A stretch of DNA of 64,000 bases from positions 64,001 to 128,000 of the forward strand of contig CAWBHS010000078.1 of the NCBI GenBank assembly GCA_963788655.1, read 5' to 3'. The DNA comes from an uncultured Verrucomicrobiae bacterium (lineage in GTDB: Bacteria > Verrucomicrobiota > Verrucomicrobiia > Limisphaerales > JAFGQR01). Shown here piece by piece: positions 1-10,495 of this stretch (position 1 is its first letter; every line of letters begins with the position of its first letter). The notes below the pieces were generated by a model. The model was not told the DNA's origin, did not search any database, and worked only from the letters and a program-made list of their open reading frames with translations. The position numbers and the translations under genes are program-made.

Positions 1-213
1 TGGGTCCATTTCCAAATTCGCGCCGGTATCGGCCAGCAATTCGATGGTCACTGGACGCTCACGGTCGCTGCGCCCGGCCAAGCTCCGCGCGAATTCAAGG
101 GCTTGGATTTCCGGAGCTCGAAATTCAAGAAGTTGACCTGGCTCGGTTTCACGAGCAACGCCACGCGGGCGACGGCCTTCTATCTGGACGACTTCACGCT
201 TGATTTGGAATAG
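1..213 (+). CDS. 3' end of a gene that starts before the window (hypothetical, beta-rich C-terminus)
   Basis: Frame +1 is open from base 1 (WVHFQIRAGIG...FYLDDFTLDLE) to TAG at 211-213. Confidence 0.6.
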   Translation, partial: WVHFQIRAGIGQQFDGHWTLTVAAPGQAPREFKGLDFRSSKFKKLTWLGFTSNATRATAFYLDDFTLDLE

Positions 214-252
214 GCGTTGAGCACAGGCATTTCCAGGCCGGAACCCAACCCT

Positions 253-430
253 GGTAGGGCGAGACTCCGTCGAGCTCTGACTGCTCCGAAGCACCTCCGA
301 TAATAACATGACGATGAAGGAAAAACCCTTGGCGCTTGAATACGACAGCCGGCAGACTCCCCGCGATTTCGGTTTTTGGTGTTCGCCGGTGAAGGGGAGA
401 AGTCAGGACTCGACGGAGTCTCGCCCTACC
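253..430. repeat. REP/REPIN-like inverted pair (GTAG-type)
   Basis: 253-282 ggtagggcgagactccgtcgagctctgact matches the reverse complement of 401-430 at 28/30 positions; intergenic. Confidence 0.8.
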
Positions 431-542
431 ATCATGGTGTAGGTTGCGGAACTGCCAATTTTGCTTTTCCCCGTTGCATCCGCTGCCATCCAATTCCCTC
501 CTGTTGGCGTGACATTTGGCGACTTCTTCGATCTAATCACCA

Positions 543-1118
543 ATGTCATCGTTGGCACTCAAAGAACTCGTGGAGACGCCTGAACAAAGACCGCCGCCGG
601 CCCGCACACTGGATTCGCCCCAGTTGGCGGCGATCTACGATGAAAATGCCCAATCGATTTACTACCTCGCGCTGCGTTTGCTCGGCGATCCAACCCAGGC
701 GGAAGACGCCACCCATGACGTGTTCCTGAAGGCCTTTCGCAAACTGGACCAGTTCAAAGGCCGCTCCAGTCTGCGCACCTGGCTCTACCGGATCACCATC
801 AACCATTGCCAAAACCTACTGCAAAACTGGCAGCACCGGCATATTTTCAGCAACGCGGACGAAGCCGTCTGGGAAACCACGGCGGGGCGGGCGGACAGTC
901 CTTTGCGCCTGCTGGAAATCAAGGAACTCGGGCAGCGCATTCAAAAGACTCTCGACGCCCTGCCCGAAGAATATCGGCTGTTGATCCTGCTCGTGGCCGA
1001 CGAAAAACTGAGTTACGAAGAAGTCGGCCATTTGACCCAACAGACCGCGGATGCGGTCCGGGGCAAACTCCATCGTGCTCGCAAAGCCTTTACCGCCATG
1101 TTCAATCAAACCGCCTGA
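543..1118 (+). CDS. ECF-family RNA polymerase sigma-70 factor
   Basis: Region 2 (AEDATHDVFLKAF...LRTWLYRITINHC) and region 4 (LSYEEVG...VRGKLHRARK); 191 aa. Confidence 0.93.
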   Translation: MSSLALKELVETPEQRPPPARTLDSPQLAAIYDENAQSIYYLALRLLGDPTQAEDATHDVFLKAFRKLDQFKGRSSLRTWLYRITINHCQNLLQNWQHRHIFSNADEAVWETTAGRADSPLRLLEIKELGQRIQKTLDALPEEYRLLILLVADEKLSYEEVGHLTQQTADAVRGKLHRARKAFTAMFNQTA

Positions 1119-1121
1119 CGT

Positions 1122-1367
1122 ATGAACGGCAAATCCAAGCTCACCCACCAACAACAAGCACAAACCGACGCTCAGCAGCAGACTTCCCAGCAGCAAGCCG
1201 GGAAGGAATTTGGCAGTGTCGAGGAAATGCTCCGCTTCGATGCCGCGCAGAATCCCGTGCCCGAAAAAGTGGCCGAGCGCCTTCAGGAATCGGTCGCGCA
1301 GGAGCCGACCCCGCCGCTTCAATCCTGGTGGAAACGGTGGTTTGGCAAGTCCTCCGGTAACGATTGA
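1122..1367 (+). CDS. small Gln-rich hypothetical protein (possible anti-sigma or partner)
   Basis: 81-aa ORF starting 3 nt after the sigma stop; ends with an amphipathic SWWKRWF motif. Confidence 0.7.
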   Translation: MNGKSKLTHQQQAQTDAQQQTSQQQAGKEFGSVEEMLRFDAAQNPVPEKVAERLQESVAQEPTPPLQSWWKRWFGKSSGND

Positions 1368-1398
1368 CGCCCCGCCCCACTACTCGCTCCCTTCGCGC

Positions 1399-2922
1399 AT
1401 GATCATGGCCAACGAAATTGAAGTTCTGATTCGCGCCCACTACCCGATCTTGTACCTGGTTACCAGTGAGGAATTGCGGGTCCAGGCGCTGATCGGCGAG
1501 ATCGCCCAGCACCGGCAGAAGAAAGTCTTCGAATGGAGTTACAGCACGGGCATCGTGCCCGCCGGCACGTCGATTCAGTCGCAGAAACACCGCAATCCCG
1601 CCACCAAAGATCCGCTGGCGGCGTTGGATCAGGTCATCGAGCAAGTCGAGCCGGCGATTTTTGTGTTCAAGGATTTTCACCCGTTCCTCAGCCGGAGCAA
1701 CTACGCCGTCATCCGCAAACTCAAAGACATTGCGCTGCACCTCAAGAACAGTTTCAAAACCGTCATCCTGGTTTCCCCGGTGATGGAAATCCCGACCGAA
1801 CTGGAAAAGGAAATCACCGTACTGAATTTTCCGCTGCCCACCCGCGAGGAATTGGGGGAACTCCTCGATCGCATCAGCGCGGAAGTGAAGCAGTTCAAGC
1901 AAGTGACCATCGACTTGGACGAAGCGGGACGCGAACGTCTGCTCCAGGCGGCGTTGGGCCTCACTTTGGGCGAAGCGGAAAATGTGTTCGCCAAAATTAT
2001 CGTCAAGGATCAACGGCTCAGCGGCGAGGACGTGGACGAAGTGTTCGCCCAAAAACAGCAAGTCATCCGCAAGAGCGGGCTGCTGGAATACTATGCTGCG
2101 ACTGAAACCTTCGATCACGTCGGCGGCCTGGCCATGCTCAAGGATTGGCTTACCAAACGCGGCGTGGCGTTCACGGACGAAGCGCGCGCTTTTGGCCTGC
2201 CCGCGCCCAAGGGCATCCTGATGCTGGGCGTGCAAGGTTGCGGGAAAAGCCTGTGTGCCAAAGCCGTCGCCCGCTTGTGGCAAATGCCCTTATTGCGCTT
2301 CGATATTGGCCGGGTGTTCGGCAGCCTGGTCGGCTCGTCCGAAGAAAACATCCGGCGCGCCATCGCCGTCGCGGAATCCGTGGCACCGGCGATTCTTTGG
2401 GTGGATGAAATCGACAAGGCCTTTGCCGGCGCGCGCGGCAGCGGCAGCGCCGACGGTGGCACCACCGCGCGCGTGTTTGGGACGTTTCTGACCTGGATGT
2501 CGGAGAAAAATTCTCCGGTGTTTGTGATGGCCACCGCCAATGACATCAGCGAACTGCCGCCCGAACTGCTGCGCAAAGGCCGGTTCGATGAAATTTTCTT
2601 TGTCGATTTACCGTCCGCGGATGAACGGTCCGCCATCTTTCGCATTCACCTGGAAAAGCGGCAGCGGGCCGCCGAGCAATTCGATCTCAACGCTCTGGCT
2701 GCGGCGAGCAATGATTTCAGCGGGGCCGAGATCGAAGAATCCATCATCAGCGCACTCTTTGACGCTTTTTCTCAGCGCCAGGAATTGACCTCCGAACATG
2801 TGCTGAACGAACTGAGTCAGACTGTGCCTTTGGCCCGGACGATGGATGAACAAATCAACCAGTTGCGACAGTGGGCCAATGGCCGCGCCCGCAACGCCAG
2901 TGTCCCCCGCGGCCTCAAGTAG
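1399..2922 (+). CDS. AAA+ ATPase, Ycf46/SpoVK-like
   Basis: Walker A GVQGCGKS, Walker B WVDE, ATAN sensor, PPELLRKGRFDE; Ycf46-like N-terminus (LIRAHYPILYLVTSEE). Start placed at ATG 1399. Confidence 0.9.
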   Translation: MIMANEIEVLIRAHYPILYLVTSEELRVQALIGEIAQHRQKKVFEWSYSTGIVPAGTSIQSQKHRNPATKDPLAALDQVIEQVEPAIFVFKDFHPFLSRSNYAVIRKLKDIALHLKNSFKTVILVSPVMEIPTELEKEITVLNFPLPTREELGELLDRISAEVKQFKQVTIDLDEAGRERLLQAALGLTLGEAENVFAKIIVKDQRLSGEDVDEVFAQKQQVIRKSGLLEYYAATETFDHVGGLAMLKDWLTKRGVAFTDEARAFGLPAPKGILMLGVQGCGKSLCAKAVARLWQMPLLRFDIGRVFGSLVGSSEENIRRAIAVAESVAPAILWVDEIDKAFAGARGSGSADGGTTARVFGTFLTWMSEKNSPVFVMATANDISELPPELLRKGRFDEIFFVDLPSADERSAIFRIHLEKRQRAAEQFDLNALAAASNDFSGAEIEESIISALFDAFSQRQELTSEHVLNELSQTVPLARTMDEQINQLRQWANGRARNASVPRGLK

Positions 2923-2981
2923 CGCTGCTTCCAAATCTGTAGTCTGGCGGTTGCCGGCGAGCGAACGCCGGGACGGCTGGG

Positions 2982-4484
2982 TTATTCCGCCCGTCCGATC
3001 AACTGCGGCCATTTCGTTGGGCCGAAGCCCACGTTGGCTTCGGAGTTCAACGTCACTTGATTGTCGTTGAACTTCATCGTAAGCAGTGTGTGAAAGGGCG
3101 TCTCGTAGGCGCAGAGCTTGATTACGCAGGTGTCGTCGGTGGACCATGCGAAGGTGCCGGCAGTCGGTTCGTTGGGAAATTGCGCGAGCGGGCCGGCCAG
3201 GAACGGTGCCTGGGTTTTCTTCCATTCATGATAACCGCACGGGACGGTTATGTCCTTGCCATCGAGGCGGGTCGTCAGCGTCAGGGTCGGGTTGGTATCG
3301 GACGATTTGAGCGTCAGGCTTTCGAGCTTCTGAGCGTTGGCAGGAAAGACGAACTTGCGATTCAAAACCTTGACCGCCAGGGGAGACGTTGCCGCGCCGG
3401 GGGCGGGGCGGACTTCGAGATGCGCGAGCTTGTCTTTGAGTTGCTGGTCGGCGGTGCGATTGGCCGGCAAAGTCTGCGTTTGCAGCGCGGGCAGCAACTT
3501 GTCCCAAATCACGTTCAGCGTCGCCTGCATGTCTTTGACGCCGCTGGTGATCGCCACCACCGTATCCTGATCCGGCATGACCAGACAATACTGCCCGAAC
3601 GCGCCGTCCCCGCGAAAGGCATTGTGTCGGCAGCGCCAGAATTGGAAACCGTAACCCTGATTCCAATCGCTTTGCGGATTGTTGCCGTTCGATACCTGTT
3701 TCGCCGTGGCCATTGCCACCCATTCGGCCGCCAGCAATTGCTGGCCCTGCCATCGTCCGTGTTGCCGGTAAAGTTGGCCGAGCTTTGCGATGTCCTCGGT
3801 GCGCACACGTAGGCCGTAACCACCCAGCGAAATGCCCTGGAAGTTCGCATCCCAGACTGGATGTTCGATGCCGAGCGGGGCGAACAATCGGGGCCCTAGA
3901 AAATCGAGCACCGTCTGACCAGAAACCTTTTGGACAATCGCCGACAGCATGAAGGTAGCGGCGGTGTTGTACTTGAAGTAAGTGCCCGGTACGTGCGGAA
4001 CGGGGTGAGCGAGAAACGACCTTGCCGACACGGATTCCGGCGAAACGGACGGCTCATCCTGATGCCCGGTGGACATGGTCAGCAAGTCCCGGACGCGCAT
4101 GGCCTTCAAATGGTCGCTCGGATTCTCCGGGGCATCGTCGGGGAAGAATTTCAGCACCTTGTCGTCGATGTTCAACTTGCCCTCCGCGACCGCGAAGCCC
4201 ACCGCCGTCGAGGTGAAGCTCTTGCTCAAGGAATACAGCACGTGATTGTGTTCCGCGTCGTAGGGCGCCCACCAGCCTTCGGCGATTACCTGGCCGTGGC
4301 GCACGACCATTACGCTGTGCATGCCGTCGATCTGTTGGTCGAGCGCGTTCACGAATTCCAGCAGCGCGGCGGACGAAACATCTTGCGTCTCCGGAGCACT
4401 ACGAGGCAACGCGCCGGCGACTGGCGCCGCGTTCAGCGTTCCGGCCAAAATCAGGACGAAGCAAATTCGGAGTAGATATTTCAT
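2982..4484 (-). CDS. secreted serine hydrolase (class C beta-lactamase-like family)
   Basis: Signal peptide MKYLLRICFVLILAG; SxxK (SLSKS), YxT (FKYNT), GYGFQFW...GDGAFGQ. Confidence 0.88.
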   Translation of the reverse strand: MKYLLRICFVLILAGTLNAAPVAGALPRSAPETQDVSSAALLEFVNALDQQIDGMHSVMVVRHGQVIAEGWWAPYDAEHNHVLYSLSKSFTSTAVGFAVAEGKLNIDDKVLKFFPDDAPENPSDHLKAMRVRDLLTMSTGHQDEPSVSPESVSARSFLAHPVPHVPGTYFKYNTAATFMLSAIVQKVSGQTVLDFLGPRLFAPLGIEHPVWDANFQGISLGGYGLRVRTEDIAKLGQLYRQHGRWQGQQLLAAEWVAMATAKQVSNGNNPQSDWNQGYGFQFWRCRHNAFRGDGAFGQYCLVMPDQDTVVAITSGVKDMQATLNVIWDKLLPALQTQTLPANRTADQQLKDKLAHLEVRPAPGAATSPLAVKVLNRKFVFPANAQKLESLTLKSSDTNPTLTLTTRLDGKDITVPCGYHEWKKTQAPFLAGPLAQFPNEPTAGTFAWSTDDTCVIKLCAYETPFHTLLTMKFNDNQVTLNSEANVGFGPTKWPQLIGRAE

Positions 4485-4537
4485 AGGAAACTTTGGAGTT
4501 GTTACCTGAGTCTGAGTGGGCTGTCCACTTTCTTCCT

Positions 4538-5325
4538 TCAAACGCCCTTTTGCTCCGGCGACCAAATCAGCTTGTGCAGTTGCACCTGAAAGCGCACCGG
4601 CAAGGCGTCGGCAATGATGGCTTCGGCCAATTCCTGGCGTTCGATGGCGGTCTGCCCGGCGGGGACTTGCTTCAAGGACGTGTCTTGCTGGGTCGGTGCC
4701 AATGGGTTGACCCAGGAAATCAGCAATGGGCATAACTCGGCCAATCGGGTACCTGGGCCATTTGCTGTTTGACCCACGCATAGTCCTCGTGCGTGCCGAT
4801 CACAAACTTGATTTCGTCCGTCGGGGTGAGGTGCAGGAGATTGTCCCAACGATTGCGGGCGACTTCACCGCTGCTGGGGCATTTCAAATCCATAATGCGA
4901 TGCACGCGCGGATCGACGGCAGCAATGTCCAGCGCGCCGCTGGTTTCGAGCAGCACGGTGTATCCGTCGTCGCAAAGCGATTTCATGAGCGGCAGGGAAG
5001 GGCGCTGGAGTAGCGGTTCGCCGCCGGTCAATTCGACCAATGGAAGTCGATAGGAACCGTCGCGAACCACCGTGCGGGGATTGTTGCCGAGTGCGACTGG
5101 GCGCTGGCTCGTAGGCGGCGCATACCGAGCGGCCAACCGGTTCACTTCGGCGTGAATCTCTTCCAGCGCCATTGGGTGCCCTTCCTTGAACGCATAGGCG
5201 GTGTCGCAATACGAGCAACGCAGGTTGCACGCGGTCAGCCGCACAAAAACGCACGGCAAGCCGGCGTAGGTGCTTTCGCCCTGCAAGCTCAGGTAGATTT
5301 CGTTGACAACCAATGTTTCAGCCAT
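4538..5325 (-). CDS. queE: 7-carboxy-7-deazaguanine synthase (radical SAM), frameshift near 4755
   Basis: EIYLSLQGES, CNLRCSYCDT (CxxxCxxC), TGGEPLLQ, MDLKCPSSG. The C-terminal RFQVQLHKLIW lies in another frame (4538..4849 ORF). Confidence 0.85.
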
Positions 5326-5414
5326 CTGCGGCACCAATGTAATGGTTGGGCGGAAAATGGGAAATTCGCATTTGGGGCATTCACATTTCGAGCTTCCCCC
5401 GCTACGGTTTCGCC

Positions 5415-6671
5415 GTGACGATTTACGACCATCCGACGTTCCAAATGGCCTGTCAGCAATTTGATCTGGTGGCTGACTACCTCGCGATTCCCGCGTGCGC
5501 TCGTGACCGGCTCAAGTATCCCAAGCGCGCGCTGGTGGTGTCCTTGCCCATTGAGCGGGATGACGGTTGCACGGAGGTGTTCTCGGGCTACCGGGTGCAG
5601 CATCACTTGACGCTCGGACCGACCAAAGGCGGGTTGCGGTATCATCCGGATGTGACCCTCGGCGAAGTGGCGGCCCTGGCGATGTGGATGAGTTGGAAAT
5701 GCGCCCTGACCGGGTTGCCGTACGGCGGCGCCAAGGGCGGCATTGCCTGCGACCCGTTGACGATGTCGCCACCGGAACTGGAACGGTTGACGCGGCGCTT
5801 CATGCAGGAAATGATTCCGTTCATCGGTCCCCAAGTGGACGTGATGGCGCCGGATATGGGCACCAATGAACAGGTCATGGCTTGGCTGATGGACACCTAT
5901 TCGATGAATATCGGCCACACCGTGCCCAGCATTGTCACCGGCAAACCGGTCGGCTTGGGTGGTTCGATGGGCCGCCGCGAAGCCACGGGACGCGGCGTCG
6001 CTTATCTGATCAAGAAGGTCATGGAAACCCTCGGGATCAATCCCGCCCAAGCCACTGCGGTGATTCAGGGATATGGCAATGTCGGTTCGGTCACTGCATC
6101 TTCATTGGCGCAATACGGCGTCAAGATTCTGGCCGTCAGCGACGCCAGCGGGGGCATTTACAATCCCAAAGGGATCGACCTGGCGAAGCTGGACCCCTAC
6201 GTGGCGACGAACAAAACGCTCGTAGGTTTTCCCGAAGCCGATCCGGTGACCAACGTAGAACTGCTCCTCACCCCGTGCGACGTCCTGGTGCCCGCGGCCA
6301 TCGAGCGGCAGATCACCGAGGCGAACGCCGCCAAAATCCAGTGCCGCATCCTGGCCGAAGCGGCCAATGGTCCCACCTCGCCGGAAGCGGACCGGATTCT
6401 GGAGCAGCGGGACGAAATATTTTTGATCCCGGACATTATCTGCAACGCCGGTGGCGTGGTGGTTTCGTATTTCGAATGGGTGCAAGACTTGCAAAGTTTC
6501 TTTTGGGCGGAGTCCGAGGTGGTGGAGAAACTGTTCCACATTCTTGACCGGGCTTTCACGCAGATCCTGCAACGGAGCCAGGAAGACAACATTTCGATGC
6601 GCATGGCCGCCCTCTGCCAGGGCATTGGCCGCCTACATCGCGCCAAACAAACCCGCGGTCTGTATCCCTGA
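5415..6671 (+). CDS. gdhA: Glu/Leu/Phe/Val (glutamate) dehydrogenase
   Basis: GPTKGGLRYHP, GGAKGG, APDMGT, VTGKP, QGYGNVG, NAGGVVVSYFEW. GTG start at 5415 inferred. Confidence 0.92.
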   Translation: MTIYDHPTFQMACQQFDLVADYLAIPACARDRLKYPKRALVVSLPIERDDGCTEVFSGYRVQHHLTLGPTKGGLRYHPDVTLGEVAALAMWMSWKCALTGLPYGGAKGGIACDPLTMSPPELERLTRRFMQEMIPFIGPQVDVMAPDMGTNEQVMAWLMDTYSMNIGHTVPSIVTGKPVGLGGSMGRREATGRGVAYLIKKVMETLGINPAQATAVIQGYGNVGSVTASSLAQYGVKILAVSDASGGIYNPKGIDLAKLDPYVATNKTLVGFPEADPVTNVELLLTPCDVLVPAAIERQITEANAAKIQCRILAEAANGPTSPEADRILEQRDEIFLIPDIICNAGGVVVSYFEWVQDLQSFFWAESEVVEKLFHILDRAFTQILQRSQEDNISMRMAALCQGIGRLHRAKQTRGLYP

Positions 6672-6726
6672 TCCAGTATCTGGCATCCGACATTTAACAA
6701 CCAGAATACGGTATCCGGCATCCAGC
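6671..6726. repeat. degenerate 7-bp tandem repeat (ATCCRGY-like, ~8 units) between convergent genes
   Basis: atccagt atctggc atccgac atttaac aaccaga atacggt atccggc atccagc. Confidence 0.6.
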
Positions 6727-6739
6727 ACCTTGCCCCTCT

Positions 6740-7129
6740 TTACTCCAGCCCTCGCTCCCCCAACTCCTCCTCGTCCAGTCCCAAATAGTGCCCCAGTTCG
6801 TGCAGCAGGGTGGTGCGAACTTCCTCTCGGAACCAGTCGGGATCGCCTTCCACCATGTCCCACAGATTCTCCAGAAACAGAAGGATCTGCGCCGGCATTA
6901 CCGCGTGATTCCCTTCGGCATAGGGGCCGCCAACAAACAGTCCCAGCGTGTCCGGCTCGATGCCGTCGGCGAGCAGCCCGCGATTGGGACGGCGTTCGTA
7001 TGTCACCGGCAGTGCCTGAGCTGCGGTGCGCAGTTTCGTTGGCAGCGACCGCAGCGTGGACGCGACTTCCGCTTGCGCCCAATTGACCAATTCGTCCCAT
7101 GCGGGCTGCTGACCTCTTGAGCGGCTCAT
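6740..7129 (-). CDS. zincin-like metallopeptidase (minimal MMP-like family)
   Basis: LGLFVG, ILLFLENL, TLLHELGHYLGLDE (HExxH). Confidence 0.88.
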   Translation of the reverse strand: MSRSRGQQPAWDELVNWAQAEVASTLRSLPTKLRTAAQALPVTYERRPNRGLLADGIEPDTLGLFVGGPYAEGNHAVMPAQILLFLENLWDMVEGDPDWFREEVRTTLLHELGHYLGLDEEELGERGLE

Positions 7130-7287
7130 GGGACGAACGAGTTAATTGGATGTGAACTAGCAAACACGCAGAGGAAAGTATTGATTTCACGGAACTGATG
7201 CCAGCTAGAACCAAGCTTGGACGGCATCCCCAATTACCCTCGGGAAAATGGTGTCAAAGACCTCGCTAAACCGTTAGTCTTGACCCA

Positions 7288-10200
7288 ATGAACACCGCAC
7301 TGCCGTTTTGCCGAAGGTACTACTTCGCCGTCATTGTTGCCCTATTTGTTTTTGGGTTGGTGTCAATAGTGATTGCCGCGGAACCCGCCGCCATCCGCGT
7401 GCTGATTTTCAGCGGCCAAAACAACCACAACTGGCGCGAAACGGCACCCAAGCTGAAGCAAATTCTTACGGCCAGCGGATGCTTTACCGTGGACGTCACC
7501 GAGCATCCTGAACGAGGCACGGCCGAGCAATTCGCACGGTACGACGTGATCCTCAGCGACTGGAATGCCTGGGGCAACGCGCCGGTCAAAGCTTGGCCGC
7601 CCGCAATGCGGAAGGCGTTCCTGGATTTCGTTCGCCAGGGCGGCGGACACGTGGTGGTGCATGCGGGCGGCGCCAGTTTCCTTGACTGGGAAGATTATCA
7701 AAAACTCATCGGCGGCACGTGGGGCAAGAACACCGGTCACGGCGCAATTCATGAGTTTACGGTAAAAATCGCCGACTCCAATCATCCCATCACACAGGGA
7801 ATGGCCGCCTTCAAGACCACGGATGAACTCTGGCACCGCATGGCGACGCAACCGAATATTCATGTGCTGGCCACCGCCTTTTCCGCGGTGGACAAAGGCG
7901 GATCTGGCAATGATGAACCCATGGCCTTCGTTACCCAATTTGGCCAGGGCCGCTGTTTCAACCTCGTGCTCGGCCACGATGTCCGCGCCATGGAGTCGCC
8001 CGGCTTCCAGGCGCTGTTGCTTCGTGGCACCGAATGGGCCGGCACGGGCAAAGTCACCCTCTCCGCGGCCGCGCTGCCCGCCGAAGGACAAATTGACGCC
8101 ACCTTGAAAGCCATGGCCTCGTATCGCTTCGGCGAGAGTCGGAAGTCTTTGGCTGAGGTTGAGAATCTGGTGAACGCCGCCGCCATCGATTCCACCGCCA
8201 AGCGAAAACTGGCCGCCAAACTTGCCGCGTTGCTTTCCAGCGATGCGACGCTTGATGCGAAACAATTTGTCTGCCGGCAGACTCTCCTTGATCGGTTCCG
8301 CCGCCGAAGTCCCGGCTTTAGCCCGGCTGCTGACCGAACCTGATCTATCCTACTTTGCCCGATTAGCCCTGGAGCGGATTCCTGCTGACGAGGCTGTATC
8401 GCTTTTGCAAAAGGCGTTGCTTTCCACGAAAGGCACAATGCGGATCGGGGTGTTGGATTCGCTCGCCGTGCGGAAGGCCAATCAAGCGGTTCCGGCCATC
8501 GCCGGTTTACTGACTGATGCGGATCGCAACACCGCGGCGGCTGCCATCGATGCGCTGGGTAAAATCGGAAGCGCCGATGCGGCTCACGCATTGCAGTCCG
8601 CCGAAGCTAATTTGCCGGCGGAATTGCGTCCCCGGCTCGCCCTCGCCTTGTTGCGGTGTGGGGAACAGTTGATCGCAGACAACCATGCTCGAACTGCGGC
8701 TCCCCTTGTGAAAGCTCTCTGCGCGTCGAATGAAACCGCGCGCATCCGTGCGGCCGCATTTCCGCTGTATGTGGAAACGCTGGGTGATCAGGCGGGCGAA
8801 GCAGTGCTGGCGGCTTTGTCTGGCAGTGACGCGGTTCTCCAATCGGCAGCGGTGGGTGCGTTGAAACCACGAAACATCTCGGCGTGCTGCAAGCCGCGGC
8901 TGAACAATTGGGTAAACTGCCGGCCGCATTGCAGGTCCAGTTACTGGCGGTGTGCGGTCAGCACGGAGATGTCTCATTGGCCCCAGTCGTCGGTCGGATG
9001 CTTTCCAGCCGGGAACCTTCCGTGCGATTGGCCGCAATCGGCGCGTTGGGCGCGGTCGGAAATGCGACGACTGTTTCCCTGCTTGCCGGTTTGCTCGGCC
9101 CGGCGGACCGCGACGAACAACAAGCAATCGGTGACGCCCTGATTCGGCTGCGGACTGCTGGTGTGGACGAGGCCCTCAGCCAATCGTTGCGGAGTGTGTC
9201 CCCGACGATTCAACCTGCGCTCATCAATGTCCTGGTTGGCCGCGCCGCTCATTCGGCCGTGCCAGTTCTGCTTGAACTTGCGCAAGCCAGTCAGGCGGAA
9301 GTCCACCGCGCGGCCATCGATGCCTTGGGCAAGTTGGGCGATACACGCGCCGCGCAAGCCTTGATCCGGCAACTCGATCAATCCGCTACCCGCGATCAGA
9401 CGGCCATTGAAGGCGCGTTGGTTGAGATTTGTGAACGCGAAAACACCACGGCGCCAGTGATTGAAGCGCTGCCGAGCGCCAGTGCTGCGGCAAAGCTCCC
9501 ACTGATCGGTGTGCTGGGCTCGGTCGGCGGTGATCCAGCACTGGCAGCGCTACGGCGCGAGATCAAAGCGAGCGATGCGGCAGTGCGTCTCGCCGCGGTG
9601 CGAGCCCTGTGCAATTGGCAAACCGCCGCGCCGCTCGATGATCTGGCCGCCGTGGCCGTGGAATCCAGCGAGGCGCAAGTCAAAGCCCTGGCCTTGCGCG
9701 GCGTGGCCCGCATGGCGACCTTGGCTAAGGACCGTCCCGACGAAGCGGCATCGGCCATCAAGCGCGTTCTGCCGGTGGCGAACAACGTCAATGAGCGGAA
9801 AGCTTTGCTGGCGGCATTGGGCAGTGTCGCCAGTGTCATTGCCCTCGAAACCGGAGAGTCACAGTTGGCCCAACCGGAAACCACCAACGAAGCCGCCACC
9901 GCCATTCTGCAGGTGGCAGAAGTCATTTACCCATGGTATCGCGCTGAAGTGCAAAAAGCGGTCGGGCGTGTCAAAGCTGCCAGCACGAGTCCGGTGATCC
10001 TTCAGCGGGCGGATGCGCTGGCGGCCAAACTAAAAGCTCCGGCCAACCTGGCTTTAGGTGGCATCGCAACTAGCCCCGACGACTTAGAAAAAGACGGCGA
10101 TGCCAGCGGCGACCAGGCGGCAATTGATGGCGATCTCAAGACCTATTGGGACGAGGCGAACGGCCAGAAATTGTATCGCTTACGGGTGCAACTGCGGCGG

Positions 10201-10461
10201 CCTTCCACGGTGGGACGGTTGCGGATTGTTGGCTGGCAGCATCAGAGCTATGCGGCGCGGGATTTCGAGGTATTGTGCGACGACCAAGTGGTCAAGACCG
10301 TGAAGAACGCTCGCTATGAGCAGAACGTGCTGAACGTTGAATTTCCGTCAGTAAAGTGCTCCACCGTGGAATTGAAGATCACCGGTTACTACGGACAAAG
10401 TCCCGCCGTTCGTGAACTGGAGATTTATGGGCCGACCGCCAGCGGTTCCGCGGACAAATAG
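7288..10461 (+). CDS. secreted ThuA-like domain + HEAT repeats + C-terminal discoidin (F5/8 type C) protein; two frameshifts (~8280, ~8880)
   Basis: ORFs 7288..8343 (signal peptide, ThuA: SGQNNHNW, DELWH, GRCFNLVLGHD), 8222..9142 and 8884..10461 (HEAT repeats; AIDGDLKTYWD...ELEIYG) join into one protein. Confidence 0.8.
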
Positions 10462-10495
10462 TGTAATGGAACAACGCAACTGAACCAATTGAACG

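Noticed and set aside
1141..2283. Long antisense ORFs (also 7363..8265, 38263..39585, 50804..52588, 55811..56884 and others)
   Set aside because: These are shadow frames of well-supported genes in high-GC DNA.
2982..4484. Antibiotic-resistance beta-lactamase
   Set aside because: The motifs fit the broad serine hydrolase/esterase family; nothing indicates a true AmpC.
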